Source of the DNA: Nitrososphaerota archaeon
GTDB taxonomy: Archaea; Thermoproteota; Nitrososphaeria; Nitrososphaerales; Nitrosopumilaceae
Direction: 5' to 3'
Length of the DNA: 32,669 nt
NCBI GenBank assembly: GCA_028867235.1
Contig: JAGWGS010000001.1
Span: forward strand, 1 to 32,669
The translations under genes were made by a program, and so were the position numbers. The number at the start of each line of letters is the position of its first letter. The first letter of the stretch is position 1. This document shows positions 1 through 9,155 of the stretch, in pieces. The notes beneath the pieces were generated by a model, which saw only the letters and a list, made by a program, of their open reading frames with translations, was not told the DNA's origin and ran no database searches.

Positions 1-93
1 GCGGTGTGCCAAGTCCAAATTCAGAAAGATAAATGCGCCAAGCCCAATTAATCCAAAGAAAAATACAAGTCTAGCAATTTCCTTTGCATTCAA
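1..93 (-). CDS. 5' fragment of a membrane/secreted protein running off the window edge
   Basis: Hand translation from TTG at 93: MNAKEIARLVFFFGLIGLGAFIFLNLDLAHR..., open to position 1, hydrophobic N-terminal helix. Confidence 0.55.
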   Translation of the reverse strand, partial: MNAKEIARLVFFFGLIGLGAFIFLNLDLAHR

Positions 94-146
94 TTAATGA
101 CCAAATCCCATTGCCAGTTATAAAACAAATCTACAAACAAATCAGT

Positions 147-599
147 CTATACAATTCCACATTTTTCATAGTATTTTTGATGATATTCTTCTGCCTTGTA
201 GAATTCTTTTGCGGGGGTAATTTCAGTTACAATCTTTCTACTGAATTTTCCTGATTTTTCCAGTTCATCTTTTGATTTTTTTGCTTCTTTTTCCTGTTCT
301 AGAGTATGACAAAAAACTGCAGACCGGTATTGTGTTCCAACATCAGGACCCTGCCTATTGAGTGTTGTAGGATCATGATTATTCCAGAAAATGTCCAAAA
401 TTTCACCATATGTTATTGTAGATGGATCATATTCTACTTGAACAACTTCTGCATGACCAGTGGTGTCAGTACACACATCCTCATATGTAGGATTTACAGT
501 CTTGCCACCCATATAACCACCAGTTGTAGATGTTATTCCTTTTTTTCTAAATACGTGTTCTATGCACCAAAAACATCCTGCACCAAAGGTAGCTTTCAC
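147..599 (-). CDS. msrA: Peptide-methionine (S)-S-oxide reductase MsrA
   Basis: GAGCFWC active-site motif, GYMGG, PTYEDVC, GHAEVVQV, DPTTLNRQGPDVGTQYRS, AEEYHQKY. Confidence 0.97.
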   Translation of the reverse strand: MKATFGAGCFWCIEHVFRKKGITSTTGGYMGGKTVNPTYEDVCTDTTGHAEVVQVEYDPSTITYGEILDIFWNNHDPTTLNRQGPDVGTQYRSAVFCHTLEQEKEAKKSKDELEKSGKFSRKIVTEITPAKEFYKAEEYHQKYYEKCGIV

Positions 600-632
600 A
601 AAATAAACTCCTACTTGTAGGAAATTAAGTTT

Positions 633-1868
633 TTACTTTGATAACAGATAAAGAGAATTTGCAACATCAGAATCAGATACCTTGCTGTCAGACCACAAAC
701 ATAATGTTGTCTTGTCAGGACTTGAGCCCAAGTTAGAATCACCTTGGACACTCATTATTCCACGCATTACAAGATATTGTAAGCTAGATGATAGTTGGTT
801 ATCAGCGGTATCACCTGTACACCAAGACTCTACTATTTTTTTAATCCAAGACGGAATCTTGTTTTGACTGGGTGTTACATGTATGGTAAATGTCTTTATC
901 ACAGAATTTCCATTTGCATCCCTGGCAGCACAAGTAACTGTGGTAGAACCTGTCATGAAAAATGAACCAGATAGTGGACTACATACAGGTGACTGCAAGC
1001 CAGACAATAGTGCAGAGTTGGTATAATTTACCTTGGCACCTACAGAATTGGCGGAATAAAATGTCATAGAAGGGAGTACAGGAGGTGGAGTTGTTCCCCC
1101 ATATCTTGAACCATAGTTAGAATTCGAAGAGGAGAAAGTACCCCCAACAGTAACAAATACGCTTGAAGGCATAGAAGGATCCTTGAATCTAAATTCTATA
1201 GTAGAGCCCATCTCCACTGGAAACCCATCAATTGATTTTGGTATCTTGACATTTACCTCAAAGTTGTCAGTATTAGGACCAGTCTCTCTCATAGTATAGG
1301 GATTTACTTGAAATGAACTATCTGCAAGCGTAGTTTGCACTCCACCCATATGCACCTCAATCATATCAAGTGGTATATCATCAGGAGTAAACGAATCTAG
1401 ATTATAATTTGGGGCATATAGTTGAAGTTTAAAGTATTGACCTATTCTCACATTTGATGATGAGCTTGCTACAGGACTTGACTGGATGCTTGCAAGAACT
1501 TTGGATTGAGTCACATCAGTAGGATTTCCAGAATAATCCGCTTTTTGATGATATGTCATTACTACAACATCTCCATCTTTTAGCGATTTACCATTTACAG
1601 AACCAGGCAATGTCAGCTGAAGTTGAAAGGTACCGGTGTCTATCCCAGTCTCAACCATTGCACCAGGCCCATCAATGGGAACACCATTTATTGTAAAATC
1701 AACAAGGCCAGATGTAGGTATGGTCATCACTGCACGATGATCAGTTGACAAGTTTATGTCATTTATGTAAAAAGTTAAAACAGTTCCAGGTACTGCAGGT
1801 TCAGCAAATGCAAGTGATATTGGCAAGAGAAGCAAGATAAAGAAAAATTTTGTCGTAGACATTATCAT
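633..1868 (-). CDS. Secreted/surface protein with duplicated ETG-x-x-T-x-x-F modules, HYR-like domain and thaumarchaeal IPSWIK C-terminal domain
   Basis: Signal peptide ending AFA; MVETGIDTGTF / MRETGPNTDNF; HYR-like CSPLSGSFFMTGSTTVTCAARDANGN; KIPSWIKK...LQYLVMRGIM tail. Confidence 0.7.
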   Translation of the reverse strand: MIMSTTKFFFILLLLPISLAFAEPAVPGTVLTFYINDINLSTDHRAVMTIPTSGLVDFTINGVPIDGPGAMVETGIDTGTFQLQLTLPGSVNGKSLKDGDVVVMTYHQKADYSGNPTDVTQSKVLASIQSSPVASSSSNVRIGQYFKLQLYAPNYNLDSFTPDDIPLDMIEVHMGGVQTTLADSSFQVNPYTMRETGPNTDNFEVNVKIPKSIDGFPVEMGSTIEFRFKDPSMPSSVFVTVGGTFSSSNSNYGSRYGGTTPPPVLPSMTFYSANSVGAKVNYTNSALLSGLQSPVCSPLSGSFFMTGSTTVTCAARDANGNSVIKTFTIHVTPSQNKIPSWIKKIVESWCTGDTADNQLSSSLQYLVMRGIMSVQGDSNLGSSPDKTTLCLWSDSKVSDSDVANSLYLLSK

Positions 1869-2347
1869 GATATACTATCCTTTGAGGTTTTCATTTTGTT
1901 CATTTCTGATTCAATATTTTTCATCATAGATCTTACTACATTTTTTGCAGAATCAATTTCAGATTCAGGTATTCCAGAATATACTTTCTTACGCAACTGA
2001 AGAATTATGGATATTATAGAATCAACAGTATATTCAGATTTTTGCGTCAAGAAGATTCTATTGTTTCTCCTATCTTTAGCATCAGCACGCCTTTCTACCA
2101 AACCATCTTTTTCCATCTTATCCAATACAGGCACCAATGTGCTTCCATCAATACTGATTTTTTCTGCGATCTCCTTTTGGGTTAGCCCATTTGTGATATT
2201 TAATACAAGAATCACTTTCCACTGGGCAGGTGTTAATCCCAGTTGTTTTTTCATCTCAATTTCTGCCAATCTTTCCTGAGATTTTGCAGTAAGGGCTATC
2301 AAGGCGCCTACGCTCTCACTTAGATCCAATTTGCGCATGATATACAA
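1865..2347 (-). CDS. MarR-family transcriptional regulator (start may be ATG 2338)
   Basis: GLTPAQWKVI, GLTQKEIAEKISIDGSTLVPVLDKMEKDGLVERRADAKDRR wHTH signature. Confidence 0.93.
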   Translation of the reverse strand: MYIMRKLDLSESVGALIALTAKSQERLAEIEMKKQLGLTPAQWKVILVLNITNGLTQKEIAEKISIDGSTLVPVLDKMEKDGLVERRADAKDRRNNRIFLTQKSEYTVDSIISIILQLRKKVYSGIPESEIDSAKNVVRSMMKNIESEMNKMKTSKDSIS

Positions 2348-2355
2348 TAGATTTA

Positions 2356-2382
2356 CTGGTATACAAATGATTGGTGTACCAA
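2356..2382. promoter_or_regulatory. Candidate MarR operator: two tandem near-palindromes (consensus TTGGTATACCAA)
   Basis: CTGGTATACAAA (2356-2367) and TTGGTGTACCAA (2371-2382) in the short gap between divergent marR and the 2400 gene. Confidence 0.65.
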
Positions 2383-2399
2383 TAGTTATATACTAATGT

Positions 2400-3098
2400 G
2401 TGAAACAACTTAACATGCAAACAGACAGATTCACAAGAATAGCCAGTCTTGTAGCAGTCTCAGTTGTCATATCATCATATCTTGGAGGATGCAGCTCTGC
2501 ATTTGCAGATACTTCAAGCCAGCTTGAAAGTCACACAATTACAGGATCAGATTTACAAAACAATCCAGTTGTTGCGAAAATTCTAAGCGAGATAGCATAT
2601 TCAAAACAACAAGTAGCCCAGCTAGAAAAGAACCAAAAAGATCAGGAAGAAAATCAAAAACTCATCGCACAACAAAAACAGATTGCAAAACAATTAGAAG
2701 ACCAAGCATACCAGATACTACAGACACAAACATCACAGAATAGCTCAGACAATGCATATTCAAGATTTCTAGATACAATTCCATCAAATAATACAAAAAA
2801 AGTATTCCAGGGTGAGTTTTCATTCACTAAACAAAGAATCGATGCAGGCCACGCTGCAATGCAACAAGTTCTTGCAAATGGAGGCACATGGGAAGATGCA
2901 ATGCAGGTATTTTCCAAATATGCCGCAATAAGACATGTAGAAATGGTTACAGTAAACCAACAACTCAATGATCAATACATTCAACATCCAAGCATTGCAA
3001 ACATGACCAGTCAATCAATACCATTTGATGAAAACGGTAGAGTCCCAGATGATTACATCAAGCTTCCATCGACAGGGTCAAATGACGGAAAAACATAA
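2400..3098 (+). CDS. Secreted helical/coiled-coil hypothetical protein
   Basis: Signal peptide ending SAFA; Q/K/E-rich coiled-coil segment; long ORF. Confidence 0.8.
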   Translation: MKQLNMQTDRFTRIASLVAVSVVISSYLGGCSSAFADTSSQLESHTITGSDLQNNPVVAKILSEIAYSKQQVAQLEKNQKDQEENQKLIAQQKQIAKQLEDQAYQILQTQTSQNSSDNAYSRFLDTIPSNNTKKVFQGEFSFTKQRIDAGHAAMQQVLANGGTWEDAMQVFSKYAAIRHVEMVTVNQQLNDQYIQHPSIANMTSQSIPFDENGRVPDDYIKLPSTGSNDGKT

Positions 3099-3627
3099 TC
3101 TTTCCTACAAGATTACAATATTTTCAATATTCTTACTAGCAATTACATTCTTTTCTTTTATGCCATCATCTTATGCAGACAAGTTAATCACATTACAAAA
3201 AGTTTCAGACGTAACAGAGTCATCACTGCTAAACACGATAACAAATGTAACTGAATATCCACAAATATTTCCAGACAATGTCAAGTATGCTAAGATACTA
3301 GACAACAGTACAAAGCTTGTAGATATCAACGCAGGCATAAATGGACTGTATTTTGACACTCAAGCAATATGCAAAACAGATGCAAATGGAGATTATGTAG
3401 TAGAGGTTGTTTCAGGAGACCTAAGGGGGACAACCATGACTACAAAATTAGAAAAGACATGGGGCTTTCACGGTGAAAAAGATGGTGGAACCATTGCAAA
3501 TATCATGGTAGATGTTAAAACATCAGGACTCTTATCAGGGATGATAAATGTCGTACCAGACAATACAGTCTCAGATGCAGTAGGATACGGGTTTGACAAG
3601 TTCATCGAGCATGTCAAAGCAACGTGA
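3082..3627 (+). CDS. Secreted/membrane-anchored SRPBCC (START/polyketide cyclase-like) domain protein
   Basis: ATG 3082 gives MTEKHNLSY plus hydrophobic signal ending SYA; NVTEYPQIFPDNVKYAKIL and VVSGDLRG resemble the SRPBCC fold. Confidence 0.6.
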   Translation: MTEKHNLSYKITIFSIFLLAITFFSFMPSSYADKLITLQKVSDVTESSLLNTITNVTEYPQIFPDNVKYAKILDNSTKLVDINAGINGLYFDTQAICKTDANGDYVVEVVSGDLRGTTMTTKLEKTWGFHGEKDGGTIANIMVDVKTSGLLSGMINVVPDNTVSDAVGYGFDKFIEHVKAT

Positions 3628-3639
3628 CGATGTCATCAT

Positions 3640-4140
3640 TCAAGTTTCTCGTTTTTTGAGTTTAGGTTTTAGTGTTGTGTTGTTTTTGAGCAGCTCAAGT
3701 GCAATTATTTTATTGTTCAATGCAAGATCAAATTTTTTGTCAATCTTCAAGGCTGCATTAAAACATTTGATTGCATCTTTTAAAAGTCCAATTTCTCCCA
3801 AAGACAGACCCTTGTATGCCATTGCAAGTGCATGTTTTGGTTGCATCTTCAATGCATTGTCATAGCAATCAATTGCATCATGATACTTGCCAAGAGTATG
3901 TAATGCAGATCCCTTGTTTACAAGTGCATCCAAGTTTTCATCTATTTCAAGCGCCAAATCATAACACTTGATTGCCTTGGCGTGCTTGCCAAGTGTTTGC
4001 AAGGTAACACCCTTGTTTATCAGAGCAGTTACATTTTTTGGATTCTTGAATAAAATCAAATCATAATATTCTAAAGCAAGAGTATACCTGCCCTCCTCAC
4101 ATAATTCATAGGCTTCATCAAGGAGTGATGAATTGCGCAT
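3640..4140 (-). CDS. TPR repeat protein
   Basis: About four repeats of A-L-x-N-K-G-x-x-L-x-x-L-G-K-x-x-x-A-I-x-C-Y-D-x-A-L. Confidence 0.93.
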   Translation of the reverse strand: MRNSSLLDEAYELCEEGRYTLALEYYDLILFKNPKNVTALINKGVTLQTLGKHAKAIKCYDLALEIDENLDALVNKGSALHTLGKYHDAIDCYDNALKMQPKHALAMAYKGLSLGEIGLLKDAIKCFNAALKIDKKFDLALNNKIIALELLKNNTTLKPKLKKRET

Positions 4141-4350
4141 AACAGGAATTAAAATCTGTATATATTATGCTTTTAGAATAAATCACAAGTGACCCGTGCA
4201 TTGCCAATTTTCCAGTTTTTTGATCCCAATTTTCCATTCATGAAACTCACACAAAACAAAGAGATCGTACAAACAGTCAATTTCCCGACAATTAAATAAA
4301 AAAATCCCAATTCATAACAGTCTTTAACAGCAGTTCCCAGCGAAACTCTA

Positions 4351-4974
4351 ATGCATACAATAGTCTTTGATTTTGACGGTACCATAGCAGATACCATGTC
4401 AATAGTGATAAAAATAGCCAACAAATTTGCCGAGCATTATGGATATCGTAAGATACCTCTAAGTGATCTTCCAAAGCTTCGAGAAAAAAAGCCCAGCGAG
4501 GTGCTAAAGCACTTGGGGATTTCAATCTTTAAGCTGCCTATAGTTGTAAGAAAAATAAGATTTGAGATGAACAAAGAGATAATCAACCTCAAGACAGCAG
4601 TAGATCTAAAAGATACGCTTGTGCACCTCAAGGAAAATGGTTGCGTCCTAGGCATATTGACTACAAATTCAAGAGAAAATGTTGTCGAATTTTTAAAGAA
4701 AAATGACCTGGAATTATTTGATTTTATATATGCCGGAAGAGCAGTATTTGGAAAAAGTAGACTGCTCAAAAAGATGATGAAGGAAAAAACAATACCTCAT
4801 GACAATTCAATATATGTTGGAGACGAAATAAGAGACGTGGAAGCAGCAAAAAAGGCAGGAATTAGGGTCATAGGAGTTGCCTGGGGATATAACACGAAAA
4901 ATGCACTGTTAAAATTTCACCCAGATCACGTCATTGAAGATCCAGAAGAACTAAAAAAGATAATCCTAAACTGA
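4351..4974 (+). CDS. HAD-superfamily hydrolase (phosphoglycolate phosphatase-like)
   Basis: FDFDGTIAD motif I, LTTN motif II, K motif III, YVGDEIRD motif IV. Confidence 0.92.
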   Translation: MHTIVFDFDGTIADTMSIVIKIANKFAEHYGYRKIPLSDLPKLREKKPSEVLKHLGISIFKLPIVVRKIRFEMNKEIINLKTAVDLKDTLVHLKENGCVLGILTTNSRENVVEFLKKNDLELFDFIYAGRAVFGKSRLLKKMMKEKTIPHDNSIYVGDEIRDVEAAKKAGIRVIGVAWGYNTKNALLKFHPDHVIEDPEELKKIILN

Positions 4975-5056
4975 TTTCATTTAAAAAAATTAGCAACATA
5001 GCTTAGTTGTCATAACTTTAGCTTATCAACAGGTATATCTGTCTGGCTACTTTGTT

Positions 5057-6004
5057 ATGTATAATTTGACTGGATTGAAACTTGCAGTATTGTTATCTGT
5101 ACTATTTGTATCATCAGGATTTGGATTAGCATATGCTCAAGAGACATCACTTGCTGACAAATTTTACGGTCCTGAAACAAAGGCCCTAGAGACATTTGCG
5201 ACAGAGATTGCAACGTCTGCTCCAAAAATAATTGCGGCTGCAGTATTACTCACAATTGGCCTAATTGTTGGAAAAATAGTTGCTCGAGTGGTAGAAAAGA
5301 CTGCAAATCGAATTCTAAAAAAGGCAGGAGCTGAAATAATTTCTGAATCAAAAACAGTTGAAAACGCAATAGGAAAGATAAATTCTGCCCGCCTTATTGC
5401 TGCCACAGTAAAGTGGTTTGTTTACTTATTTTTCATAGTAGCTGCGATAAACTCATTACAACTAGACCAGCTCACAAGCGCTCTTACATCATTGTGGCTT
5501 TGGATACCAAATCTGCTTGCATTTGTCATGATAGTAATAATTGGTTCCATAATAGCAAATTATGTAATCAAGTGGATAAACCATGAACTTGTTATCCACA
5601 ATTATGGAGGTAGCAGATACATTGCAGTAGGAGTCAAGATAGTAATCTACAGCATAGTCTTTGCAATAGGCCTCACCCAGATTGGAGTTGGCCAATCAGT
5701 CATACCTACTCTAGTATCAGCATTCTCATGGAGCATAGCAGCTGCAATAGGTGCTGCGATAGCAATAGGCCTAGGATTCACATTAAAGGACTTGCTACCA
5801 ACAGCAATAGCAGGAACATCCGGATATCGTTCAATATACAAAGTAGGCCAGAAGATCAGAATCGGAGACATGACAGGGACAATCACTTCATCAGAGATAT
5901 TCCACATAATAATCACTAATGAAAAAAATGAAAGCACTGTAATTCCTACAAAAGAACTAATGTCCAAGTCAGTAACAATATTGCATTCTGATTCCAAAAA
6001 CTAG
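5057..6004 (+). CDS. MscS/CmpX-type small-conductance mechanosensitive channel family protein
   Basis: Repeated TM_helix segments (APKIIAAAVLL, IPNLLAFVMI), AIAIGLG, C-terminal KVGQKIRIGDMTG...VIP beta domain. Confidence 0.8.
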   Translation: MYNLTGLKLAVLLSVLFVSSGFGLAYAQETSLADKFYGPETKALETFATEIATSAPKIIAAAVLLTIGLIVGKIVARVVEKTANRILKKAGAEIISESKTVENAIGKINSARLIAATVKWFVYLFFIVAAINSLQLDQLTSALTSLWLWIPNLLAFVMIVIIGSIIANYVIKWINHELVIHNYGGSRYIAVGVKIVIYSIVFAIGLTQIGVGQSVIPTLVSAFSWSIAAAIGAAIAIGLGFTLKDLLPTAIAGTSGYRSIYKVGQKIRIGDMTGTITSSEIFHIIITNEKNESTVIPTKELMSKSVTILHSDSKN

Positions 6005-6041
6005 CTAGTTTGAAATATCTCATTTGATTTTCGTACACATC

Positions 6042-6245
6042 ATGAGCTCAGATGTAACAGATGAAGAAAAGAAAGCACTCACCCCACAATCAGGATTTGA
6101 TCTATGTGGAATTGACTATTTTGAGCCACTTGGAAGCAGATTATATTTCATAGAACATTACGAAAGATATCAAGATGCACTAAAGGCAAAAAAAGAACGC
6201 GATAGACCAGATGAATATCTGATATTGTACCAGGGCGTACCATGA
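6042..6245 (+). CDS. Small hypothetical protein
   Basis: MSSDVTDEEKKALTPQSGFDLCGIDYFEPLG...; fills the gap after the MscS gene with plausible composition. Confidence 0.7.
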   Translation: MSSDVTDEEKKALTPQSGFDLCGIDYFEPLGSRLYFIEHYERYQDALKAKKERDRPDEYLILYQGVP

Positions 6246-6258
6246 TATGAAAAAATAA

Positions 6259-6513
6259 TTATTTTTTCGTCTTTTTCATAGCTTCGCTTTTGAATATTTT
6301 GACAGCCTCTATGTGTGAGCAATTTGCCTTGAGGCCTTTACCATGATGAAACTTGTAGAAATTCTTAAAGCCCTGACAGTCACAGCTATCAGATGTTACC
6401 ATGTAAGATTTGGACGGATCACTTGAAGATTTTACTTGGAAGAGATTATCATCTATCATCACTACACCATCCTTGGCAAGTGCCTTGGCTTTTTTTATAG
6501 TGCCAGCGCTCAT
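6259..6513 (-). CDS. Stand-alone SWIM-type zinc finger protein (alternative start TTG 6534)
   Basis: FQVKSS...SYMVT..SCDCQGF...ANCSHIEAV = CxC-xn-CxH. Confidence 0.8.
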   Translation of the reverse strand: MSAGTIKKAKALAKDGVVMIDDNLFQVKSSSDPSKSYMVTSDSCDCQGFKNFYKFHHGKGLKANCSHIEAVKIFKSEAMKKTKK

Positions 6514-6574
6514 ACCGATATAGCCAGACCTCAAATAAATAACCCTTAAGTTTTTTCAAGATAACAAGATAAAC

Positions 6575-6787
6575 ATGTCAGAGCCAGAAGAATCCGAAAT
6601 AATCAAGCAAATGTTTGATGAGATAACAAAGATGATTCGACAAAAACACATCAAATTGGAATCCATCATCCACCGCACACTAGAGCAAGATATCATATCA
6701 CAAGACTCCTTTGAGCGAATGTACAGGCTATTAACAGAACATGGCAAGAAAAAGAACTGGCTAAGCGATAATACCTCAAGAAGTTAA
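6575..6787 (+). CDS. Small helical hypothetical protein
   Basis: 70-aa ORF divergent from the SWIM gene, charged amphipathic composition. Confidence 0.6.
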   Translation: MSEPEESEIIKQMFDEITKMIRQKHIKLESIIHRTLEQDIISQDSFERMYRLLTEHGKKKNWLSDNTSRS

Positions 6788-6831
6788 TATATGATAAAAA
6801 GTCACATCGTCAATACCCATAATAAGAAAAA

Positions 6832-6933
6832 TTGGAGAGGTGTCTTTGGTAGGACCTCTCCAAGAAAGTATCTTGCCTGGTCAGATGCTGACTAAGAGCA
6901 CATATAATGTGAATTACAAATGACCTTACTTTC
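6832..6933. ncRNA. Candidate structured RNA element (hairpin plus three-way junction)
   Basis: TTGGAGAGGT/ACCTCTCCAA 10-bp stem; GAAAGTA(6864-70)/TACTTTC(6927-33) enclosing TGGTCAG/CTGACTA and CACAT/ATGTG hairpins. Confidence 0.4.
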
Positions 6934-7016
6934 ACATGTCATATAGTTAACAGACGATATAGAATTCTCTCAATAGCAAAGCTTACTTTTCATAAGATTA
7001 GCTTAATGACAAGTTC

Positions 7017-7379
7017 TTACAGTTTGACATTTAGCTGTTTTATTTTTGATATTATCAAGTCATGTTCAGAATCAGGTTCTGTAGAAAGTATCAAAAGACC
7101 ATCATCAAGAAATAACGTAATCAGCTTTACTTTTTCTTTTGATGTTATCATCCAGTTTGTCTTGCCAAGTTTTTCATTAAACATTTCATCCCATGAAGCC
7201 TTGACAGATGCCTGATAGTGGACCATATTGCTTAGTTCTTCATCAAGTAATGGTGCAGCATCTGTTTTTCGTACAAAATTAATCAGTTTTCTATCCTTTA
7301 TTCTACCAACAAAACGAATTGAATCAGTGATATTCAGGATCTGCATATATGGATCTGTTTGTCGTATCCTCTGTGCCAA
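7017..7379 (-). CDS. Thaumarchaeal roadblock/profilin-like small protein (DUF6659-like)
   Basis: ILNITDSIRFVG...PLL...LGKTNW...EKVKLITLFL...LLILSTE pattern typical of this expanded AOA family. Confidence 0.65.
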   Translation of the reverse strand: MAQRIRQTDPYMQILNITDSIRFVGRIKDRKLINFVRKTDAAPLLDEELSNMVHYQASVKASWDEMFNEKLGKTNWMITSKEKVKLITLFLDDGLLILSTEPDSEHDLIISKIKQLNVKL

Positions 7380-7438
7380 TTGTTGCTAGATATTTGCAAA
7401 GGAAATTTAACTCTATGCCAGTATTCTAAAAACAAGTC

Positions 7439-8251
7439 ATGTTAGACAAACAACAAGCCGACATATTACAAAAAATAATAAAAAAATACAAGATCTCTCA
7501 AGATATTGCATCAAAAGTAAGGGATGCAATTGTAAGAATTGATTCCATAAACCAAGTAAATACATTCAGATACGAACCAGTAGTTGAATTTGAAAAAAAG
7601 ATACAGCGCCTAAATAAACTAAAAGAAAAAGCAACCAATGCATTTGAGCCATTTGCAAAAACATACCATACATCACTTTGCGCCTCAATGGGAGTTCCCA
7701 TGCTAGAAGCAATAGAATCATCAAGGGAGACAGAAAGTTACAATGCAATCTATGAATTATTTGGTCTTACAAATGCCAAGGCCAAGATGTTTGGCCTACA
7801 GGCCCTGTATTGCGCACTAGATGGGCAGAAAAATGAACCAATGCCAGGATACAATATTGTCTTTGACAGAGACTCGCCATGGACGTATAGAAACGAGGCA
7901 GAGCACATGGAGGAATATGCAAGATATCACTTTAACAGCTATGTAATCAATTACATCCAAAACCAAGATGAAAACCCATTTGAGCCAGTAATAGAGCTAT
8001 ACGAATTTGGTGCAGCAGATTTCATATTTATACAGACAGAACACAACAAGACAAGAAAGGAGAGACTTGCCACATTTCATACTGTGCACATACCTGACAC
8101 AGGAAATGTCATAGCAGTTCACATTACAGGCGACCAATCAGTTTTACATTATAGACGATGGGGAGATCCATACTTTTCAATCAAGCCAACAAAAGAAGAT
8201 ACCGGACTGGAGATAATTGGAATTGCAGATCAGCGATTTAGAACCAATTAA
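7439..8251 (+). CDS. Hypothetical protein
   Basis: 270-aa ORF with upstream TATA-like sequence; no motif I recognise. Confidence 0.8.
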   Translation: MLDKQQADILQKIIKKYKISQDIASKVRDAIVRIDSINQVNTFRYEPVVEFEKKIQRLNKLKEKATNAFEPFAKTYHTSLCASMGVPMLEAIESSRETESYNAIYELFGLTNAKAKMFGLQALYCALDGQKNEPMPGYNIVFDRDSPWTYRNEAEHMEEYARYHFNSYVINYIQNQDENPFEPVIELYEFGAADFIFIQTEHNKTRKERLATFHTVHIPDTGNVIAVHITGDQSVLHYRRWGDPYFSIKPTKEDTGLEIIGIADQRFRTN

Positions 8252-8254
8252 AAC

Positions 8255-8461
8255 TCAGCTTAGTTTATCAGCATCTTTTTTCCATATTCGAATACCGTCA
8301 ACGAATACCTTGTCAGTCTCTTCAAATACAGTATGCCATCTGCCATCATGTGGAAATAGATTATCCATTTCTTTTATTTTATCATTAGTAGGATACGCAT
8401 TTGTCAGTGCACCCCATCTCATATTTGGAACTTTGGGCATGATATCATTGATATCTCGCAT
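8255..8461 (-). CDS. Small hypothetical protein, divergent from the proteasome operon
   Basis: ATG 8461: MRDINDIMPKVPNMRWGALTNAYPT...PHDGRWHTVFEE...; the ORF-track extension to 8515 looks like promoter sequence. Confidence 0.75.
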   Translation of the reverse strand: MRDINDIMPKVPNMRWGALTNAYPTNDKIKEMDNLFPHDGRWHTVFEETDKVFVDGIRIWKKDADKLS

Positions 8462-8522
8462 CAAATTACATACAAAATACCAATAATAAAATGCTATTTG
8501 TAGAATTACTACCATGATATGG

Positions 8523-8549
8523 GTGACTAGATTTTCACAACACTAGTCA
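8523..8549 (+). promoter_or_regulatory. Operator GACTAG-N12-CTAGTC, copy 1, upstream of proteasome beta
   Basis: GTGACTAGATTTTCACAACACTAGTCA followed directly by TATA-like ATTAAT; 21/26 identical to the 12091-12116 site on the - strand. Confidence 0.7.
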
Positions 8550-8578
8550 ATTAATCAATGTCACTTGTACACTATACC

Positions 8579-9154
8579 ATGACAACAATAGTTGGAATCA
8601 AGACAACCGATGGAGTCGTACTTGGATCAGATAAGAGAGCAAGCAAAGGCTTTTTCATTGGATCAAAAATAGTACAAAAAATTGCAAAAATAGATGACAT
8701 GTTAGCTGTTGCAATTGCAGGACAACTCTCAGACGCAGAACACATCATCAAGGTGGCAAAAGCAGAGCGAAGACTCATGGAACTAAGAAGAGGATTTCCT
8801 CTAACCATAAAAGAGTCTACAAGACTCATAGCAAACATTGCCTATTCAGGGCTTAGAAACTATCAACCATACTATGTAGAGTTGCTCGTGGCAGGAGTAG
8901 ACAGAGAAGGTGCACATGTATTTGCAGCAGACATGAGCGGTGCAATAACAGAAGAAGATTTTGCATCATCAGGTTCTGGCTCACCTATTGCATACGGAGT
9001 ACTTGAGAGCCTATACACAAAGTCTGTGACAAACAGTCAGGCAAGCGAGATTGCATCGCGTGCAGTATCTGCAGCAATGGAAAGAGACCCAGGTTCTGGA
9101 AACGGCATAAACATTCTAGCCATACCAAACCTACAGGCGGAGGTTGCAGCATAA
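8579..9154 (+). CDS. psmB: 20S proteasome beta-type subunit, propeptide-less
   Basis: M-T1-T-I-V-G...D17-K-R...K33-I; IAG; SGSG (Ser129 region); ERDPGSG (Asp166/Ser169). Confidence 0.92.
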   Translation: MTTIVGIKTTDGVVLGSDKRASKGFFIGSKIVQKIAKIDDMLAVAIAGQLSDAEHIIKVAKAERRLMELRRGFPLTIKESTRLIANIAYSGLRNYQPYYVELLVAGVDREGAHVFAADMSGAITEEDFASSGSGSPIAYGVLESLYTKSVTNSQASEIASRAVSAAMERDPGSGNGINILAIPNLQAEVAA

Positions 9155-9155
9155 A

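Noticed and set aside
4173-4330. Possible small ORFs between the TPR and HAD genes
   Set aside because: Short, no convincing start or motif; likely a divergent promoter region
5005-5015. 11-mer AGTTGTCATAA matching the reverse complement at 31747-31757
   Set aside because: An 11-mer match between AT-rich intergenic regions is expected by chance
6832-6933. tRNA, fluoride riboswitch or hammerhead interpretation of the structured element
   Set aside because: No T-loop/anticodon cloverleaf, no crcB GAUG...CUGAUG core, no CUGANGA core
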